From: Pseudomonas sp. F1_0610
Lineage (GTDB): Bacteria > Pseudomonadota > Gammaproteobacteria > Pseudomonadales > Pseudomonadaceae
NCBI RefSeq assembly: GCF_047470865.1
Contig: NZ_JAZDRH010000008.1
Span: 37,165-101,164, forward strand
Direction of reading: 5' to 3'
Length of the DNA: 64,000 nt
Made by a program: the position numbers and the translations under genes. Below the pieces are notes generated by a model that saw only the letters and a list, made by a program, of their open reading frames with translations, was not told the DNA's origin and ran no database searches. Shown here one piece after another: positions 39,820-50,714 of the stretch. The first letter of the stretch is position 1. Each line of letters starts with the position of its first letter.

Positions 39820-40818
39820 CTAACGATTTTTAATAGCTGTTTGTGCTTTTTCGACTAAATCAGCACCAATTTTTGGTGTCCATTTTTCGTAAACTGACTG
39901 CGTAGCCTGCACAAAGGCTGCATGCTCTTCTGCTGTGAGTTCACGCACATCAATGCCATAGCTACGAATGCGGTCAAGGGTTGTAGCTAGCTCACTGCGG
40001 GCTTTTGCAATTTCCCATTGCCCTGCTTCAATCGCTGTTTCTTGTAGAAGCTTTTGATCTTCGGCACTTAAGGTTTTCCACACACGCTGACTCACACCAA
40101 AAATCAGTGGATCATTCATGTAGTGCCATTGTGTGAGGTATTTCTGATTAGCACGGTCAATACGTGCAACATCATATACCGCAATAGGATTTTCCTGACC
40201 ATCTACTGCACCTGTAGTTAACGCAGGTTGTGCATCTGTCCAGCTCATTTGAGTTGGGTTAGCACCCAATGCATTAAAGGTATCAAGGAATAATGGCGAT
40301 CCTACAACGCGAATTTTAAGCCCTTTTAAATCTGCTGGTTTGGTAATGGCGAGCTTAGAGTTAGAAATTTCACGAAAGCCGTTTTCACCCCATGCCAGTG
40401 GTTTTACGCCTCGTTTTTCAATCGCCGCAAAGATTTGCTTACCTGCTTCGCCTTGCGTTACAGCATCCACAGCCGCATCATCTGGCATCAAGAAAGGTAA
40501 GGAAAACAAGTTAACTTCTGGAACCTGAGTTGACCAGTTAATTGTTGAGCCAACCGCCATATCAATCAAACCGCTACGCATTGCAGAAAACTCACGGGTT
40601 TGATCACCCGAGACTAGCTGAGCGTTAGGATAGACTTTAAGTTTGATACGGCCTTGTGAGCGTTCTTCAACTAGCTCGGCCCATTTGGTGGCTGCTTGCC
40701 CCCATGGAAAAGCATCAGATAATACAGTAGATACTGAAAACTCACGCACTTGCTGGGCAAATGCTAAAGACGATGTTAGTGCTAAACAGGCTAAACCCAT
40801 TGATAATAAACGCTTCAT
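39820..40818 (-). CDS. TRAP transporter substrate-binding protein (DctP family)
   Basis: 332 aa with a signal peptide (LAFA-QQ) and DctP-family fold. Confidence 0.85.
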   Translation of the reverse strand: MKRLLSMGLACLALTSSLAFAQQVREFSVSTVLSDAFPWGQAATKWAELVEERSQGRIKLKVYPNAQLVSGDQTREFSAMRSGLIDMAVGSTINWSTQVPEVNLFSLPFLMPDDAAVDAVTQGEAGKQIFAAIEKRGVKPLAWGENGFREISNSKLAITKPADLKGLKIRVVGSPLFLDTFNALGANPTQMSWTDAQPALTTGAVDGQENPIAVYDVARIDRANQKYLTQWHYMNDPLIFGVSQRVWKTLSAEDQKLLQETAIEAGQWEIAKARSELATTLDRIRSYGIDVRELTAEEHAAFVQATQSVYEKWTPKIGADLVEKAQTAIKNR

Positions 40819-41050
40819 GCTACTTATACCTTTTTTCGAATAATTGGCAGTAAACGCACATCACTAGCGCGATAACACTAAGATATTTGTTTTTAACGCT
40901 ATTTTGTAGCTTTCTTGAGGCGTTGCACGCAATATTATCTTGATAAACAATTTGAATCGGCAACTAATGCTCGGATAGAGCAACTTAGGATACTAATGCA
41001 AACAGATTATCCCTGCAAAGCTTTGTAACAGCTTTGCAAGAAATCTCTAC

Positions 41051-41737
41051 TTATAGGCTTTTAGTTGCTTTCCACTGCCAAGTAATACCAATTACGATAC
41101 AAAATTGCGCTAATAAATAGCTCAACATCAAGAGTTCTTGTGCCAATGGGAAACTACCAATAAAACGGTCAATTGCTAGCAAGCTATCTGAAACTAAAAA
41201 GCAAATAGCGCCAAGCTGAACCATAGTAAAGCTAAAAGGCACAACATGGTCTTTACGTCCAAAAGCAAACCATGCCATAGCCAAAATGACCACTATATAA
41301 AACAATACGGGAACCGATAAATCTCCTAGATGTGGCAAAAGAAAGCTATAAACAGCAGCGCCTAGCAAGAGTAAGAAAAAGAGGAAAAGACCAGCATTTC
41401 TACTGGATGGATAGCCTTTTTGCTCTAACGCAAAAATCACCACATACAACAGATGCCCAACTAAGAAAAAACCTAAGCCCAACATAAAATTAAGCTGCGA
41501 GTCTGGCAGCATCAAAGCAATATCACCCAAAGTACCTAAAATAATTGCGCTAAAAAGTACGCTTTGGATGCGAGGACAGTGAAAACAGCTAAGCAATACT
41601 AGAACACTTAAGCTCACGCCAAACATAGGCTTGGTTGCAAAACCTATAGCTTGCCAGCCGCTAGCGATGCTCATTAGATGCACCATAAGCAGAGTTACAT
41701 ACCAATAACCAAAACGCTTGTACGCATGCATGCACAT
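41051..41737 (-). CDS. YhhN-family (lysoplasmalogenase-like) membrane protein
   Basis: 228 aa with about 7-8 TM helices. Pattern resembles YhhN/TMEM86. Confidence 0.65.
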   Translation of the reverse strand: MCMHAYKRFGYWYVTLLMVHLMSIASGWQAIGFATKPMFGVSLSVLVLLSCFHCPRIQSVLFSAIILGTLGDIALMLPDSQLNFMLGLGFFLVGHLLYVVIFALEQKGYPSSRNAGLFLFFLLLLGAAVYSFLLPHLGDLSVPVLFYIVVILAMAWFAFGRKDHVVPFSFTMVQLGAICFLVSDSLLAIDRFIGSFPLAQELLMLSYLLAQFCIVIGITWQWKATKSL

Positions 41738-41842
41738 AAGCTTTTCCCTAGATTTTTTCCTTTACTGTACAAAAGTTCAAACTCTGTACCTATTAGGCTA
41801 TAGCCGTAGAAAAGCGCCAATTAATCGGTATTGCGTAGCCTT

Positions 41843-42472
41843 TTAAACAAATAGAGGATTATCTGCTCGGCGGCGAAACCAGCCCGCAATTGACAGGCGA
41901 TCTTTAGTTGCTGCCAAAACTTCGTGCGGCCAGTCTGCTGACATAAAGAACATCATAGTACCCAAGCGCGGGCTAACGTCGTACACTTTATTAGCGCCTA
42001 AGTGCATGCGCATTTCACCCCCAAACTCAGGTAACCAGCCTTCATTAAGATAGAGCACACTGGTCACTGTCCGACGATCATCATCACGAAAACGATCTAG
42101 ATGTTTTTTGTAATAAGCACCTGGGGGATACCATGCAAAATGGCATTCGTAATCTTCCAAACCTAAAAATAAACTTTGGTTAAGCGTATTTTTAAAGCTA
42201 TCCATCAGATTAAGATAGCGATCAATCGAAGGACTTTGCCCTTCATTTAGCCACATAATGCTATCGCCTCGAATTGACTCTTTAATCACTGGATCAATCC
42301 CAGAGCCAATACCTGCTTGATTCATTTGACCTGCTTGTGCGCGATTACGGCACTCTTGTGCTAAGGCCAGGGTCAGATCTTCAGGCAAAAAAATATTTTG
42401 TTGAGTCCAACCATGGGTTGCTAAATCATCGGCTACACGCTCAAACAGGGGATTCGACGCGAATGCACTCAT
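41843..42472 (-). CDS. 2OG-Fe(II) oxygenase superfamily protein
   Basis: 209 aa. A His/Asp...His arrangement (HLDRFRDDD ... WPHEV) in a prolyl-hydroxylase-like fold. Confidence 0.6.
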   Translation of the reverse strand: MSAFASNPLFERVADDLATHGWTQQNIFLPEDLTLALAQECRNRAQAGQMNQAGIGSGIDPVIKESIRGDSIMWLNEGQSPSIDRYLNLMDSFKNTLNQSLFLGLEDYECHFAWYPPGAYYKKHLDRFRDDDRRTVTSVLYLNEGWLPEFGGEMRMHLGANKVYDVSPRLGTMMFFMSADWPHEVLAATKDRLSIAGWFRRRADNPLFV

Positions 42473-42500
42473 AGGTAAAACCTTCAGTGAGGAGTTTTTA

Positions 42501-43229
42501 ATGATTACCTTGAAAAAAATAGCGACTTACAAAAAAGTGTGGTTTTTGCAGGCTCTATTTGCTTGGCTGTGGCTGGGCATTTCTGCACAGGCCCATGCTG
42601 ATAGCTATGACGATTTATACGAGCTGGCAGGCTGGAAACAACAAGCAGTACATTTTGAGCAAGCTTTGCCATTACTACAACAAGAAATTACACAAAAAAC
42701 AGGATTTACCCCATCGATTAGTTGGCAACCTCAAGCTTTTCAGCGCAAAGCCACTGAAACCCTACGTCAGCAATTAGTGTCACCACAAGCAGCACTCGAC
42801 TTTTTTAATTCAAAAGCGGGAATGCAGGTCGTCAAAGCTGAAGTAAATGCGACGCAGCTAAGTAAAATTAAAACATACCGACATCAGCCATCATGGAGTC
42901 TTGATGTTACTCGTCAACGTGAACTAGATCGCTTGCGCGCCAGCCTGCCTATTCAAGCAGCACTGAACCAATTGCAAAGCCAAATCATTAAACAGCAAAC
43001 CAACAATGCTAACTTAAACATTCCAGGGTTAGGTGACCTCTCAACGCTTACCTCAGGTGCACTGCAAAACATCAGCTTATTTAAGCCCAGTACGTATGAC
43101 ATTAACCAAGCAATGATTATTGTCTATGGCGATCTTAGTCATCCTGAACTAAAAGCCTTTGCTGATTTTGCAGAATCAGCTGAAGGGCAAGCCTATTACA
43201 ATGCCTGCGTGCAAATGCTGCAGTTTTAA
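42501..43229 (+). CDS. secreted hypothetical protein
   Basis: Signal peptide ending AQAHA-DS. 242 aa. Confidence 0.5.
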   Translation: MITLKKIATYKKVWFLQALFAWLWLGISAQAHADSYDDLYELAGWKQQAVHFEQALPLLQQEITQKTGFTPSISWQPQAFQRKATETLRQQLVSPQAALDFFNSKAGMQVVKAEVNATQLSKIKTYRHQPSWSLDVTRQRELDRLRASLPIQAALNQLQSQIIKQQTNNANLNIPGLGDLSTLTSGALQNISLFKPSTYDINQAMIIVYGDLSHPELKAFADFAESAEGQAYYNACVQMLQF

Positions 43230-43253
43230 TCTTACTTGTTCTAAGGAACAATT

Positions 43254-43652
43254 ATGCGTCCTTTGTTCTACCTATGTTTAGCGCTTGTTTTGAGTCTTTC
43301 TGCACAAGCTGCTCCATTAGACGAGCTTGCATCTAGTGCAACTCAAGTGCAGTGCAAAGACACTGTATACAGCCCAGAGGGTATAGAGCTCGCAGATGAG
43401 TGTTATTACCCTAACACCGCCATTAAGCAAGCCTATGTGCTGTATGTGCAAGCTATGCTAGAGAATATGCCTGAGTTAAAAACTATGCTGTTGAGCGATA
43501 CCTACCAGTTAACCCAACAGAGCGATATATTTGTCTGGAAAAATAAACATGAACTCATTATTACAGATGACTTTTCAGTAGGAATTTCCCAAGTTATTTT
43601 TCGCTTTGATGGAAAAGGCACCCAGGTAGTGACTGTCTACCTGCCAGATTAA
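43254..43652 (+). CDS. small secreted hypothetical protein
   Basis: Signal peptide (SLSAQA-AP). 132 aa. Confidence 0.5.
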   Translation: MRPLFYLCLALVLSLSAQAAPLDELASSATQVQCKDTVYSPEGIELADECYYPNTAIKQAYVLYVQAMLENMPELKTMLLSDTYQLTQQSDIFVWKNKHELIITDDFSVGISQVIFRFDGKGTQVVTVYLPD

Positions 43653-43712
43653 CTAGCATCATACTCAGCGCTTGCTTAAGCATATAACTGAGCAAACGCT
43701 GAGCCGGCTAAG

Positions 43713-44306
43713 TTAACTGTTGCGCTCAAAAGCGATAAATGCTTGGGCTGTTTTATTAAACCAAACTTCATACCAAGGCTCAGCCTCTTTGAGGGTAATT
43801 AAGGTGAAATCTAATTCAGGATCCCACTCTAAAATAGTATCGTCTTCTGGCCAGATAAAACTCCACCCATGACTGATAAAATAAACGTCATCGCTATTAT
43901 AAAAAGGATCTTGCTGCTGAAACCAACGAACATACCTATCAGCAGCTGGGTCAGGAAAGTTATCGTTGTAGCCTTCATCTGTGTCCCAATGGCAACTTTC
44001 TAACCAAGTACTAATAGCTGTATCACCATAATGAAATAGATGATCTATGCTTGGATAGGCTAAAAACTCATGCTTAGTCAGTGGCGTTTTAGATATCACT
44101 TGCTCTTGCTTGGCGACGGCAAATAGGAGGTTATCGGCTTTATCTTTACTTAACGCATACCACTGGTCACCAAGTTGCACCGTTAAAATCAACTTATCCT
44201 TCCCATGCCAGTAGGCATCTATGTTTTCTCCTCTTTGTGTTTTTCGGTAGGCAAAAGCATTACGCGTCATAGTTTCAGCAAAACGTATTAGATAAGCTAA
44301 ATCCAT
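43713..44306 (-). CDS. hypothetical protein (acidic, Trp-rich)
   Basis: 197 aa ORF adjacent to the downstream alpha/beta hydrolase (4-nt gap). No secretion signal. Confidence 0.45.
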   Translation of the reverse strand: MDLAYLIRFAETMTRNAFAYRKTQRGENIDAYWHGKDKLILTVQLGDQWYALSKDKADNLLFAVAKQEQVISKTPLTKHEFLAYPSIDHLFHYGDTAISTWLESCHWDTDEGYNDNFPDPAADRYVRWFQQQDPFYNSDDVYFISHGWSFIWPEDDTILEWDPELDFTLITLKEAEPWYEVWFNKTAQAFIAFERNS

Positions 44307-44310
44307 TCGG

Positions 44311-45261
44311 TTACCTCGATAATTGGCGGCTTAAAAAACCAAAGATTTCATCTCTATAGTTAGCACTTTCATTAACTAAATGATGCTTAGCGGTTGGCAA
44401 AAATAGCTGTGCTTGCAAATCAAACCAATGAGCTATCAACGGCACATTGTGCTGCCAATCAACAGTGCCATCGTCACCGCCTTGCACCAAAACAATAGGT
44501 CGATGACCTTTAGGCGCAGCCTCTACTTTTTCTAGCCATAGATTTAGCGCCCCCACCCAAGTGGTTGGAATTTCCAACGGCTGCAGTGGGTCACGTTGCA
44601 GGAAACTCAAGAATTGCGCATCATGAGAATTGTTACTAAATACTCGTTTAACACTAGTAATTACCGACTTAAGCATATGAAAAGCCAGGCGTGAGCGCAT
44701 CCAAGAACAAGGACGCACTAACGGTGCTAAAAACATAATAGTGCCAAATTCGTCACCAAATGGGCGACTTAACAAATACTCCGTAATAACTGAACAGCCA
44801 GTACTTTGTGCAAAAACATGCCATGGCTGAGGTAATTTTTGAATGTACTCATGCTGCACTAACGCTGTAAAAACTTCGCTATACTGCGAGAAACTATCAA
44901 TACCTGCACGCTGTCCTGAACTTAGTCCATGTCCAGGCAAGTCAAAACACACAACCGAAAAGTTCTCAGCTAATGCCCAGCGTATTGCATTGCCATAGAG
45001 CCCCATATGGTCAAAATAGCCATGCAGAATAAACACTGTTCCTTTGGCTTGTGCTTGCTCATAGGTTTGCACAGCCACACGAAAACCTGCCGCATAAATA
45101 CAACCAAAGCGGTTTGTGACCGAACAAGGTAGCGAGTTTAATTCCAACTGATAGAATGAACGCCACTTTTGCGCCAACTCAGGTTCTTGCATATCTTCTG
45201 AGAATGGCTGTAGCTGTTGATGAAGCTGTTGGATATCCTGTTCACTTAGCATAATTATCAC
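44311..45261 (-). CDS. alpha/beta hydrolase (lysophospholipase-like)
   Basis: HG oxyanion motif (FILHGYFDHMG) and nucleophile elbow AQSTGCS. 316 aa. Confidence 0.75.
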   Translation of the reverse strand: MIIMLSEQDIQQLHQQLQPFSEDMQEPELAQKWRSFYQLELNSLPCSVTNRFGCIYAAGFRVAVQTYEQAQAKGTVFILHGYFDHMGLYGNAIRWALAENFSVVCFDLPGHGLSSGQRAGIDSFSQYSEVFTALVQHEYIQKLPQPWHVFAQSTGCSVITEYLLSRPFGDEFGTIMFLAPLVRPCSWMRSRLAFHMLKSVITSVKRVFSNNSHDAQFLSFLQRDPLQPLEIPTTWVGALNLWLEKVEAAPKGHRPIVLVQGGDDGTVDWQHNVPLIAHWFDLQAQLFLPTAKHHLVNESANYRDEIFGFLSRQLSR

Positions 45262-45305
45262 TCTATTTTATAGTTGTTCAGCCCTACGCGGAGCCAACTC
45301 AATTT

Positions 45306-45875
45306 ATGTCACTACCTTCTCGCAAAGTTATTATTACCACAAGCATTGTTATCGTCTGGGTCGCCATTATGTTGTTTGCATTATGGTGGTATCAATCGCG
45401 TTTTATTCGTGCGTTTAATGAAACTACAGCAGTATTTAGTGGCAGTGAACTACAGTTACCTAACGCTATTGCAGGTGAAGGTAAAATTCGTTTTGTACAC
45501 TTTTGGGATCCTAGCTGCCCTTGCAACGTTGGCAACCAACAACACCTGATAGAGTTACTGGAACATTTTTCTGATCAGGTAGATTTTTACCACGTACAAA
45601 AGCCAAATACCAACGGCACATTACCTAAACAGTTAGAAAAGCTTAACCACTTATCAGGTTTGGTGGGTATGGAAAAGCTACCTGCATCGCCTGCCGTGGC
45701 AATTTGGGATAAACAAGGCAAGCTCGCCTATTTTGGTCCTTATAGCGAAGGTGCAGTGTGTAATTCGAGCAATAGCTTTATCGAGCCTGTGCTCAATGCC
45801 TTAATAGAAAACCGTCCCGTTTCGGCAGATAGCACTTTAGCCGTAGGCTGTTTTTGTGATTGGCAAGCTAAATAA
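45306..45875 (+). CDS. membrane-anchored thioredoxin-like protein (CPC motif)
   Basis: N-terminal TM anchor. FWDPSCPCN redox-like motif. Confidence 0.5.
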   Translation: MSLPSRKVIITTSIVIVWVAIMLFALWWYQSRFIRAFNETTAVFSGSELQLPNAIAGEGKIRFVHFWDPSCPCNVGNQQHLIELLEHFSDQVDFYHVQKPNTNGTLPKQLEKLNHLSGLVGMEKLPASPAVAIWDKQGKLAYFGPYSEGAVCNSSNSFIEPVLNALIENRPVSADSTLAVGCFCDWQAK

Positions 45876-45904
45876 CTAAGCCTGAAACTGAGCCTTATCA
45901 GCCA

Positions 45905-46369
45905 TTATTCAAGCAAAATATAACGATCTGCCAGCCTTACATCAGCCTCTTCTTCCCACGATAGAAAATGATATCTAACCACTCTAGTAAGCCTTTTGAA
46001 GAAAGGATATAACACTGGGTCTATGAGTTTTATATAGGATTGTGCTGTTAACTGACGTATTAACGCTGCCAGCTCTTCATCCGATTTATCAGAACCATAG
46101 GTTAAATTGTCAACGTCAAAACCTAATGTTTCACCTTTAGGCCCAAACTCAATCAACGCATTATCTACATCATCGGTTTGAACAAGGCATTCATGGCCAG
46201 TAAACAGATAAACCACTTTGCCATCTTGTTTACCAATGCGTTCAATATTGCCTTTTACATATTCATACCAAATATGCTGCCTAGCAATACCTGTGTACTT
46301 TTCTAATTGTAAAACAGCTTGGCGTTTTATATATTTTTGCTGTTTTAAATGACTAAGCAGCCTTTCCAT
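45905..46369 (-). CDS. hypothetical protein
   Basis: 154 aa. No recognisable domain. Confidence 0.45.
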   Translation of the reverse strand: MERLLSHLKQQKYIKRQAVLQLEKYTGIARQHIWYEYVKGNIERIGKQDGKVVYLFTGHECLVQTDDVDNALIEFGPKGETLGFDVDNLTYGSDKSDEELAALIRQLTAQSYIKLIDPVLYPFFKRLTRVVRYHFLSWEEEADVRLADRYILLE

Positions 46370-46429
46370 AATAGCCTCACTTAGTTATAACGGCGTTCAA
46401 ACCCTTGATTAGGCCGCTAGCTGTACCAT

Positions 46430-46476
46430 AAAAAACGCCCTCAACCAGCCAAGCTCATTGAGGGTGTTTTGATTTA
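46430..46476. terminator. bidirectional Rho-independent terminator downstream of metQ
   Basis: CGCCCTCAA...TTGAGGGTG stem, with an A-run upstream and TTTTGATTT downstream. Confidence 0.6.
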
Positions 46477-46490
46477 GGCGTGCTCAGCTA

Positions 46491-47270
46491 TTAATTAAAC
46501 GCTGGTAAAATCGCGCCTTGGTATTTTTCATTGATGAAGTTTTTCACTTCTTCACTATGCAGTACTTTGATCAGTTTTTGCACATCTTCTGAATCTTTAT
46601 TGTCTTCACGGGTTACCAAAATATTCACGTAAGGTGAGTCTGCACCTTCAATAAAGAGTGCGTCTTTTGTTGGGTTTAACCCTGCATCTAACGCATAGTT
46701 GGTATTAATTAACGCTAAGTCAGCTTGTTTGAATGCACGTGGAATCATAGGGGCTTCAAACTCGCGAATGACTACTTTTTTTGGATTCTCAACAATATCT
46801 TTCACTTTAGCGGCAATACCTGCATCTGCTTTAAGCTTAATTACACCGGCTTTATCCAGTAGTAATAAAGCACGACCACCATTAGTCACATCATTTGGGA
46901 TAATGATAGTTGCGCCTTCTTTTAAGTCATCTAATGACTTAAGTTGGTTGGCATAAATACCAATAGGCTCAATATGTACACCTGCTACGCTAACCAAAGC
47001 TAATTTACGTGAAGTGGCAAACTCATCCAAATAAGGTTGGTGTTGGAAAAAGTTAGCATCAATGCCTTTACGTGCTAGCTGTAAGTTTGGCTGAACATAA
47101 TCAGTAAACTCTTTGATTTTTAATTCTACGCCTTCTTTTTCTAATGCAGGTTTAACAAAGGCTAAAATTTCAGCATGTGGCACAGGTGTAGCGCCGACGG
47201 TTAAAGTACCTGCGTTAGCCGATATAGCGGCAAATGCAGTGAGTGCGACTAATAGTTTTTTCATTGCCAT
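46491..47270 (-). CDS. metQ: methionine ABC transporter substrate-binding protein (NlpA/MetQ family)
   Basis: 259 aa with a signal peptide and MetQ-family fold. Last gene of the metNIQ operon. Confidence 0.85.
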   Translation of the reverse strand: MAMKKLLVALTAFAAISANAGTLTVGATPVPHAEILAFVKPALEKEGVELKIKEFTDYVQPNLQLARKGIDANFFQHQPYLDEFATSRKLALVSVAGVHIEPIGIYANQLKSLDDLKEGATIIIPNDVTNGGRALLLLDKAGVIKLKADAGIAAKVKDIVENPKKVVIREFEAPMIPRAFKQADLALINTNYALDAGLNPTKDALFIEGADSPYVNILVTREDNKDSEDVQKLIKVLHSEEVKNFINEKYQGAILPAFN

Positions 47271-47301
47271 GCTCCTAAAAGTTTGCCGTTTTCGGCTTAT
47301 G

Positions 47302-47982
47302 TTATTTCCGTGAAAAATGAATCACTAGACGATCACCTATGACTTGCTGCACTTGCACAAACACCAATAGCAACACAACACAAATAATAGTGATGTCCAT
47401 TTGGTTACGTTGGTAACCATAGCGAATAGCCAAGTCGCCTAAACCACCAGCACCAATAATACCTGCCATGGCGGTATAGCCAACCAAGGTAATACCTGTA
47501 ACTGTTATTGCTGCAATTAAACTAGGACGTGCTTCTGGCAATAATGCACTCCACACGATTTGCCCAACACGAGCGCCCATGGACTGGGTTGCTTCAATAA
47601 TACCGCGATCCACTTCACGTAACGCTGTTTCCACTAAACGCGCTAAAAAAGGAACAGCGCCTACAGTCAGCATCACAACAATATCTGCCACACCTGGCAA
47701 ACTGGTTGGGAAGATAATGGCTTGCACACTCGCCAAGATCACTACCAAAATAATAAAGGGAATCGACCTCAGCAGATTCACGATAAAGCCCACCAACATA
47801 TACACAGGCTTATTTGACCACAGTTGATCAGGTCCAGTTAAAAACAAAAATATACCTAATGGCACGCCTAATAAGGTAGTTAGCAGCAAAGAGCCCGCTA
47901 GCATATACAGGGTATTTAAGCTTTCTGTAGCGATTTCGCTCCAGTCAGTACTGGCAAATAGCTCTGTTATTAATTCAATCAT
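47302..47982 (-). CDS. metI: methionine ABC transporter permease
   Basis: 226 aa with five TM helices and the EAA-like loop ([10 protein letters not shown]). Confidence 0.85.
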   Translation of the reverse strand: MIELITELFASTDWSEIATESLNTLYMLAGSLLLTTLLGVPLGIFLFLTGPDQLWSNKPVYMLVGFIVNLLRSIPFIILVVILASVQAIIFPTSLPGVADIVVMLTVGAVPFLARLVETALREVDRGIIEATQSMGARVGQIVWSALLPEARPSLIAAITVTGITLVGYTAMAGIIGAGGLGDLAIRYGYQRNQMDITIICVVLLLVFVQVQQVIGDRLVIHFSRK

Positions 47983-48989
47983 GTGCGTACCACCTCTACA
48001 TCTACACCAGCCGCACGCAGTTGCTGCTCTGCTTGTTCTGCTTTATCACCTGTGAGTGCCACCATTAACTGCCCACAAGGCGTATCTTTAATACGTCCAA
48101 TTCGCCCCGATAAAATGCTGTAATCAACATGGGTATCGCGGGCAACCTGTCCTAATATTGGCGAATAGGTTGAGTCGCCTAAGAAGGTTAGACGCACGAT
48201 ACGCCCCTGCACCTTACTAAAATCTTGCTGTTGCTCTGGACTGCCATCCCCTTCGGCTTCATGCACGAAACGCTGAGTTGTCTGATGCTGTGGATGTAAG
48301 AATACTTCTGTTACATCGCCTCGCTCGACAATAACACCAGCGTCCATCACCGCAACGCGATCACACACACGGCGAATAACGTCCATTTCATGTGTAATTA
48401 ATACAATGGTTAAGCCTAACTCGCGGTTAATTTCAGCCAGTAAATCTAATACCTGAGCTGTTGTTTGTGGATCAAGCGCGCTTGTAGCTTCATCACACAA
48501 TAAAATTTTGGGGTTGGTTGATAGCGCTCGCGCTATACCCACTCGCTGTTTTTGTCCGCCAGACAACTGCGCTGGATACTTCTGCGCATGCTCGCTTAAA
48601 CCAACTCTAGCTAATAACTCAGTAACGCGTGCCTTAATCTTAGCTTCTGGCAAACTGCCTGCTAAACGCAAAGGTAAAGCAATGTTATCTGCCACTGTTT
48701 TTGAAGAAAGTAAATTAAAGTGCTGAAAAATCATTCCCACTTGCTGGCGAAAATGACGCAACTCTGTCTTAGTAAAGGCTGTTACTTCCTCGCCATCAAT
48801 AATGATCTTACCGCCACTTGGTTCTTCTAGGCGGTTAATCAAACGTAATAAAGTACTTTTACCTGCGCCTGAATGCCCAATAAGACCAAACACTTCGCCT
48901 TTAGCAATCTGCAAGTCGATAGGCTTTAGCGCTGCTACTTCTCGCCCTTTAACAAAGTAGCTTTTAAATACTTGGTGAAAACTAATCAC
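47979..48989 (-). CDS. metN: methionine ABC transporter ATP-binding protein with C-terminal NIL regulatory domain
   Basis: Walker [10 protein letters not shown], signature LSGGQKQRV, Walker [12 protein letters not shown]. The 3' end overlaps metI. Confidence 0.9.
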   Translation of the reverse strand: MISFHQVFKSYFVKGREVAALKPIDLQIAKGEVFGLIGHSGAGKSTLLRLINRLEEPSGGKIIIDGEEVTAFTKTELRHFRQQVGMIFQHFNLLSSKTVADNIALPLRLAGSLPEAKIKARVTELLARVGLSEHAQKYPAQLSGGQKQRVGIARALSTNPKILLCDEATSALDPQTTAQVLDLLAEINRELGLTIVLITHEMDVIRRVCDRVAVMDAGVIVERGDVTEVFLHPQHQTTQRFVHEAEGDGSPEQQQDFSKVQGRIVRLTFLGDSTYSPILGQVARDTHVDYSILSGRIGRIKDTPCGQLMVALTGDKAEQAEQQLRAAGVDVEVVRT

Positions 48990-49084
48990 AATAAACCTTG
49001 GGTATCAGTTGCAGGCTAGTGTGCCGTACAATATTTAGAATTAAAAAGAATATTTGAAAATAAATTCATAACAAAAAAGAATAA

Positions 49085-49858
49085 CTAAAGTTTTTCTGAT
49101 AGTACAATTTGTGGCACCTGTTCAGGTTTTATCACCTCAACAATCTTTGGTTGATAAAACTGATCATTTTTCTTCACGCGCGGCATCAGTAAGGCTACTA
49201 CCCAATGAAAATCACGTGTATTACGGACTTCAACAACGATGGTGTAGTGATGCTTAATCACATCTGCAGCGACTTTATCCAGCACATTAAGTAGTTTGCT
49301 ATCATTACTCGTATCCAGCACTTCTAGTGAAACAATTTTTGCCACCTTTAAACTAGGTACTAATTTTTCTGATGGCTTAGTGATAACTACCGGCTCAACA
49401 GGCTCTTCTTTGGCTTTAGGTTTGACTGCCTGCGCGCTAGCTGCTGCGCGACGGTTTTGTAGAGCACGTGATTTTGCCTGAGCAGCACCCAATGCTTTAG
49501 ACAAATCTACCGTTAATGCGGGAGCATTAGGTAATAGCTGTTTTGCTTGCGTTAACGCATGACTGGCTTGCTCTAGATTCTTGTCATTAATAGCTTGCTG
49601 ACCACGTACTAGCCAAGCATCCGCCAACTGCTTGCGCATCTGAGCAAGGTTTTCAGCATTATCGGTATTTTCTTCAATAGCGAGCAGCTGCTCAGTCGCA
49701 AAGGCTAAATCACCTGCTTGTAAATACTGGTTAAAAACTTGCTGTTCTATAGCAAATTCATCAATTTTTACTGCAGATGGCTGCGAAGTTGTTTGGCAAG
49801 CTGTAAGCAGTGCACAAATCAAACTTAAAAGTACAGCACGCAAAGATAAGGTTTTCAT
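49085..49858 (-). CDS. lipoprotein of unknown function (helical/TPR-like N-terminal half, Pro/Lys-rich linker)
   Basis: Lipobox LLTACQT. 257 aa. Confidence 0.55.
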   Translation of the reverse strand: MKTLSLRAVLLSLICALLTACQTTSQPSAVKIDEFAIEQQVFNQYLQAGDLAFATEQLLAIEENTDNAENLAQMRKQLADAWLVRGQQAINDKNLEQASHALTQAKQLLPNAPALTVDLSKALGAAQAKSRALQNRRAAASAQAVKPKAKEEPVEPVVITKPSEKLVPSLKVAKIVSLEVLDTSNDSKLLNVLDKVAADVIKHHYTIVVEVRNTRDFHWVVALLMPRVKKNDQFYQPKIVEVIKPEQVPQIVLSEKL

Positions 49859-49928
49859 TCAGTCATGTTCCAATCAAAAACTGGCGAAAGTCTACACTGT
49901 GTCGACCTTAGACAAAACCACAGTTTGT

Positions 49929-50714
49929 TTAGGCTCGTTTGGGTATCACAAAACTACAGAGAAAAAAGATGGCTGCACAAAGCACAATTGAAGGCCCAGC
50001 AGGTGTATCAAACCACCATGATAGGCTCAGACCACCACAAACAGCCAGGGTACCTACTAAGCTAGCACCTACCGCCATCTGCTCAGGGCTACGCGCATGA
50101 CGCTGGGCACCAGCTGCTGGAATAATTAACAATGCTGTAATTAACAACACACCTACGATTTTCATAGCCACAGCAATCACCATAGCAATCAATAGCATAA
50201 GCGCTAAACGCAAACCTGCAACGGGTAAGCCCTCTACTTTGGCCAATTCCTCATGCACAGTAATAGAAAGCAAAGGCTTCCATAATAACAAAATACAGCA
50301 CATAACAATGACGCAACCTAGCAGAATCCAAAGTAAGTCATCTGGACTAATGGCAAGTAAATCACCAAAAAGGTAACCCATAAGATCAACCCGCACTTCT
50401 TTCATAAAGCTGAGCGTTACTAACCCCAAAGAGAGCGTGCTATGGGCAAGAATCCCAAGCAAAGTATCGGAAGCTATAGGCTGACGTGCTTGTAAAGCGA
50501 CCAGTACTAACGCCAATAAAAGGCAGCCAACGATGACGGCTAAGGTGAGATTAATATTCAATAGCAAGCCTAAAGCTACGCCAAAAAGTGCGGAGTGTGA
50601 CAAGGTATCGCCAAAATACGCCATACGCCGCCACACCACAAAAGAACCCAAAGGCCCAGCGACAACAGCAAGTGATAAGCCCGCAATGAGGGCATATAAC
50701 AGAAAGTCAGGCAT
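49929..50714 (-). CDS. znuB: zinc ABC transporter permease
   Basis: From [38 protein letters not shown] it is collinear with E. coli ZnuB (261 aa). The upstream 25 codons of the ORF track are read-through of znuC. Exact start uncertain by a few nt. Confidence 0.85.
   Translation of the reverse strand: MPDFLLYALIAGLSLAVVAGPLGSFVVWRRMAYFGDTLSHSALFGVALGLLLNINLTLAVIVGCLLLALVLVALQARQPIASDTLLGILAHSTLSLGLVTLSFMKEVRVDLMGYLFGDLLAISPDDLLWILLGCVIVMCCILLLWKPLLSITVHEELAKVEGLPVAGLRLALMLLIAMVIAVAMKIVGVLLITALLIIPAAGAQRHARSPEQMAVGASLVGTLAVCGGLSLSWWFDTPAGPSIVLCAAIFFLCSFVIPKRA

Noticed and set aside
48990-49084. SAM riboswitch or MetJ boxes upstream of metN
   Set aside because: No SAM-I core and no clear AGACGTCT repeats were recognisable by eye. 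Not reported as a feature.
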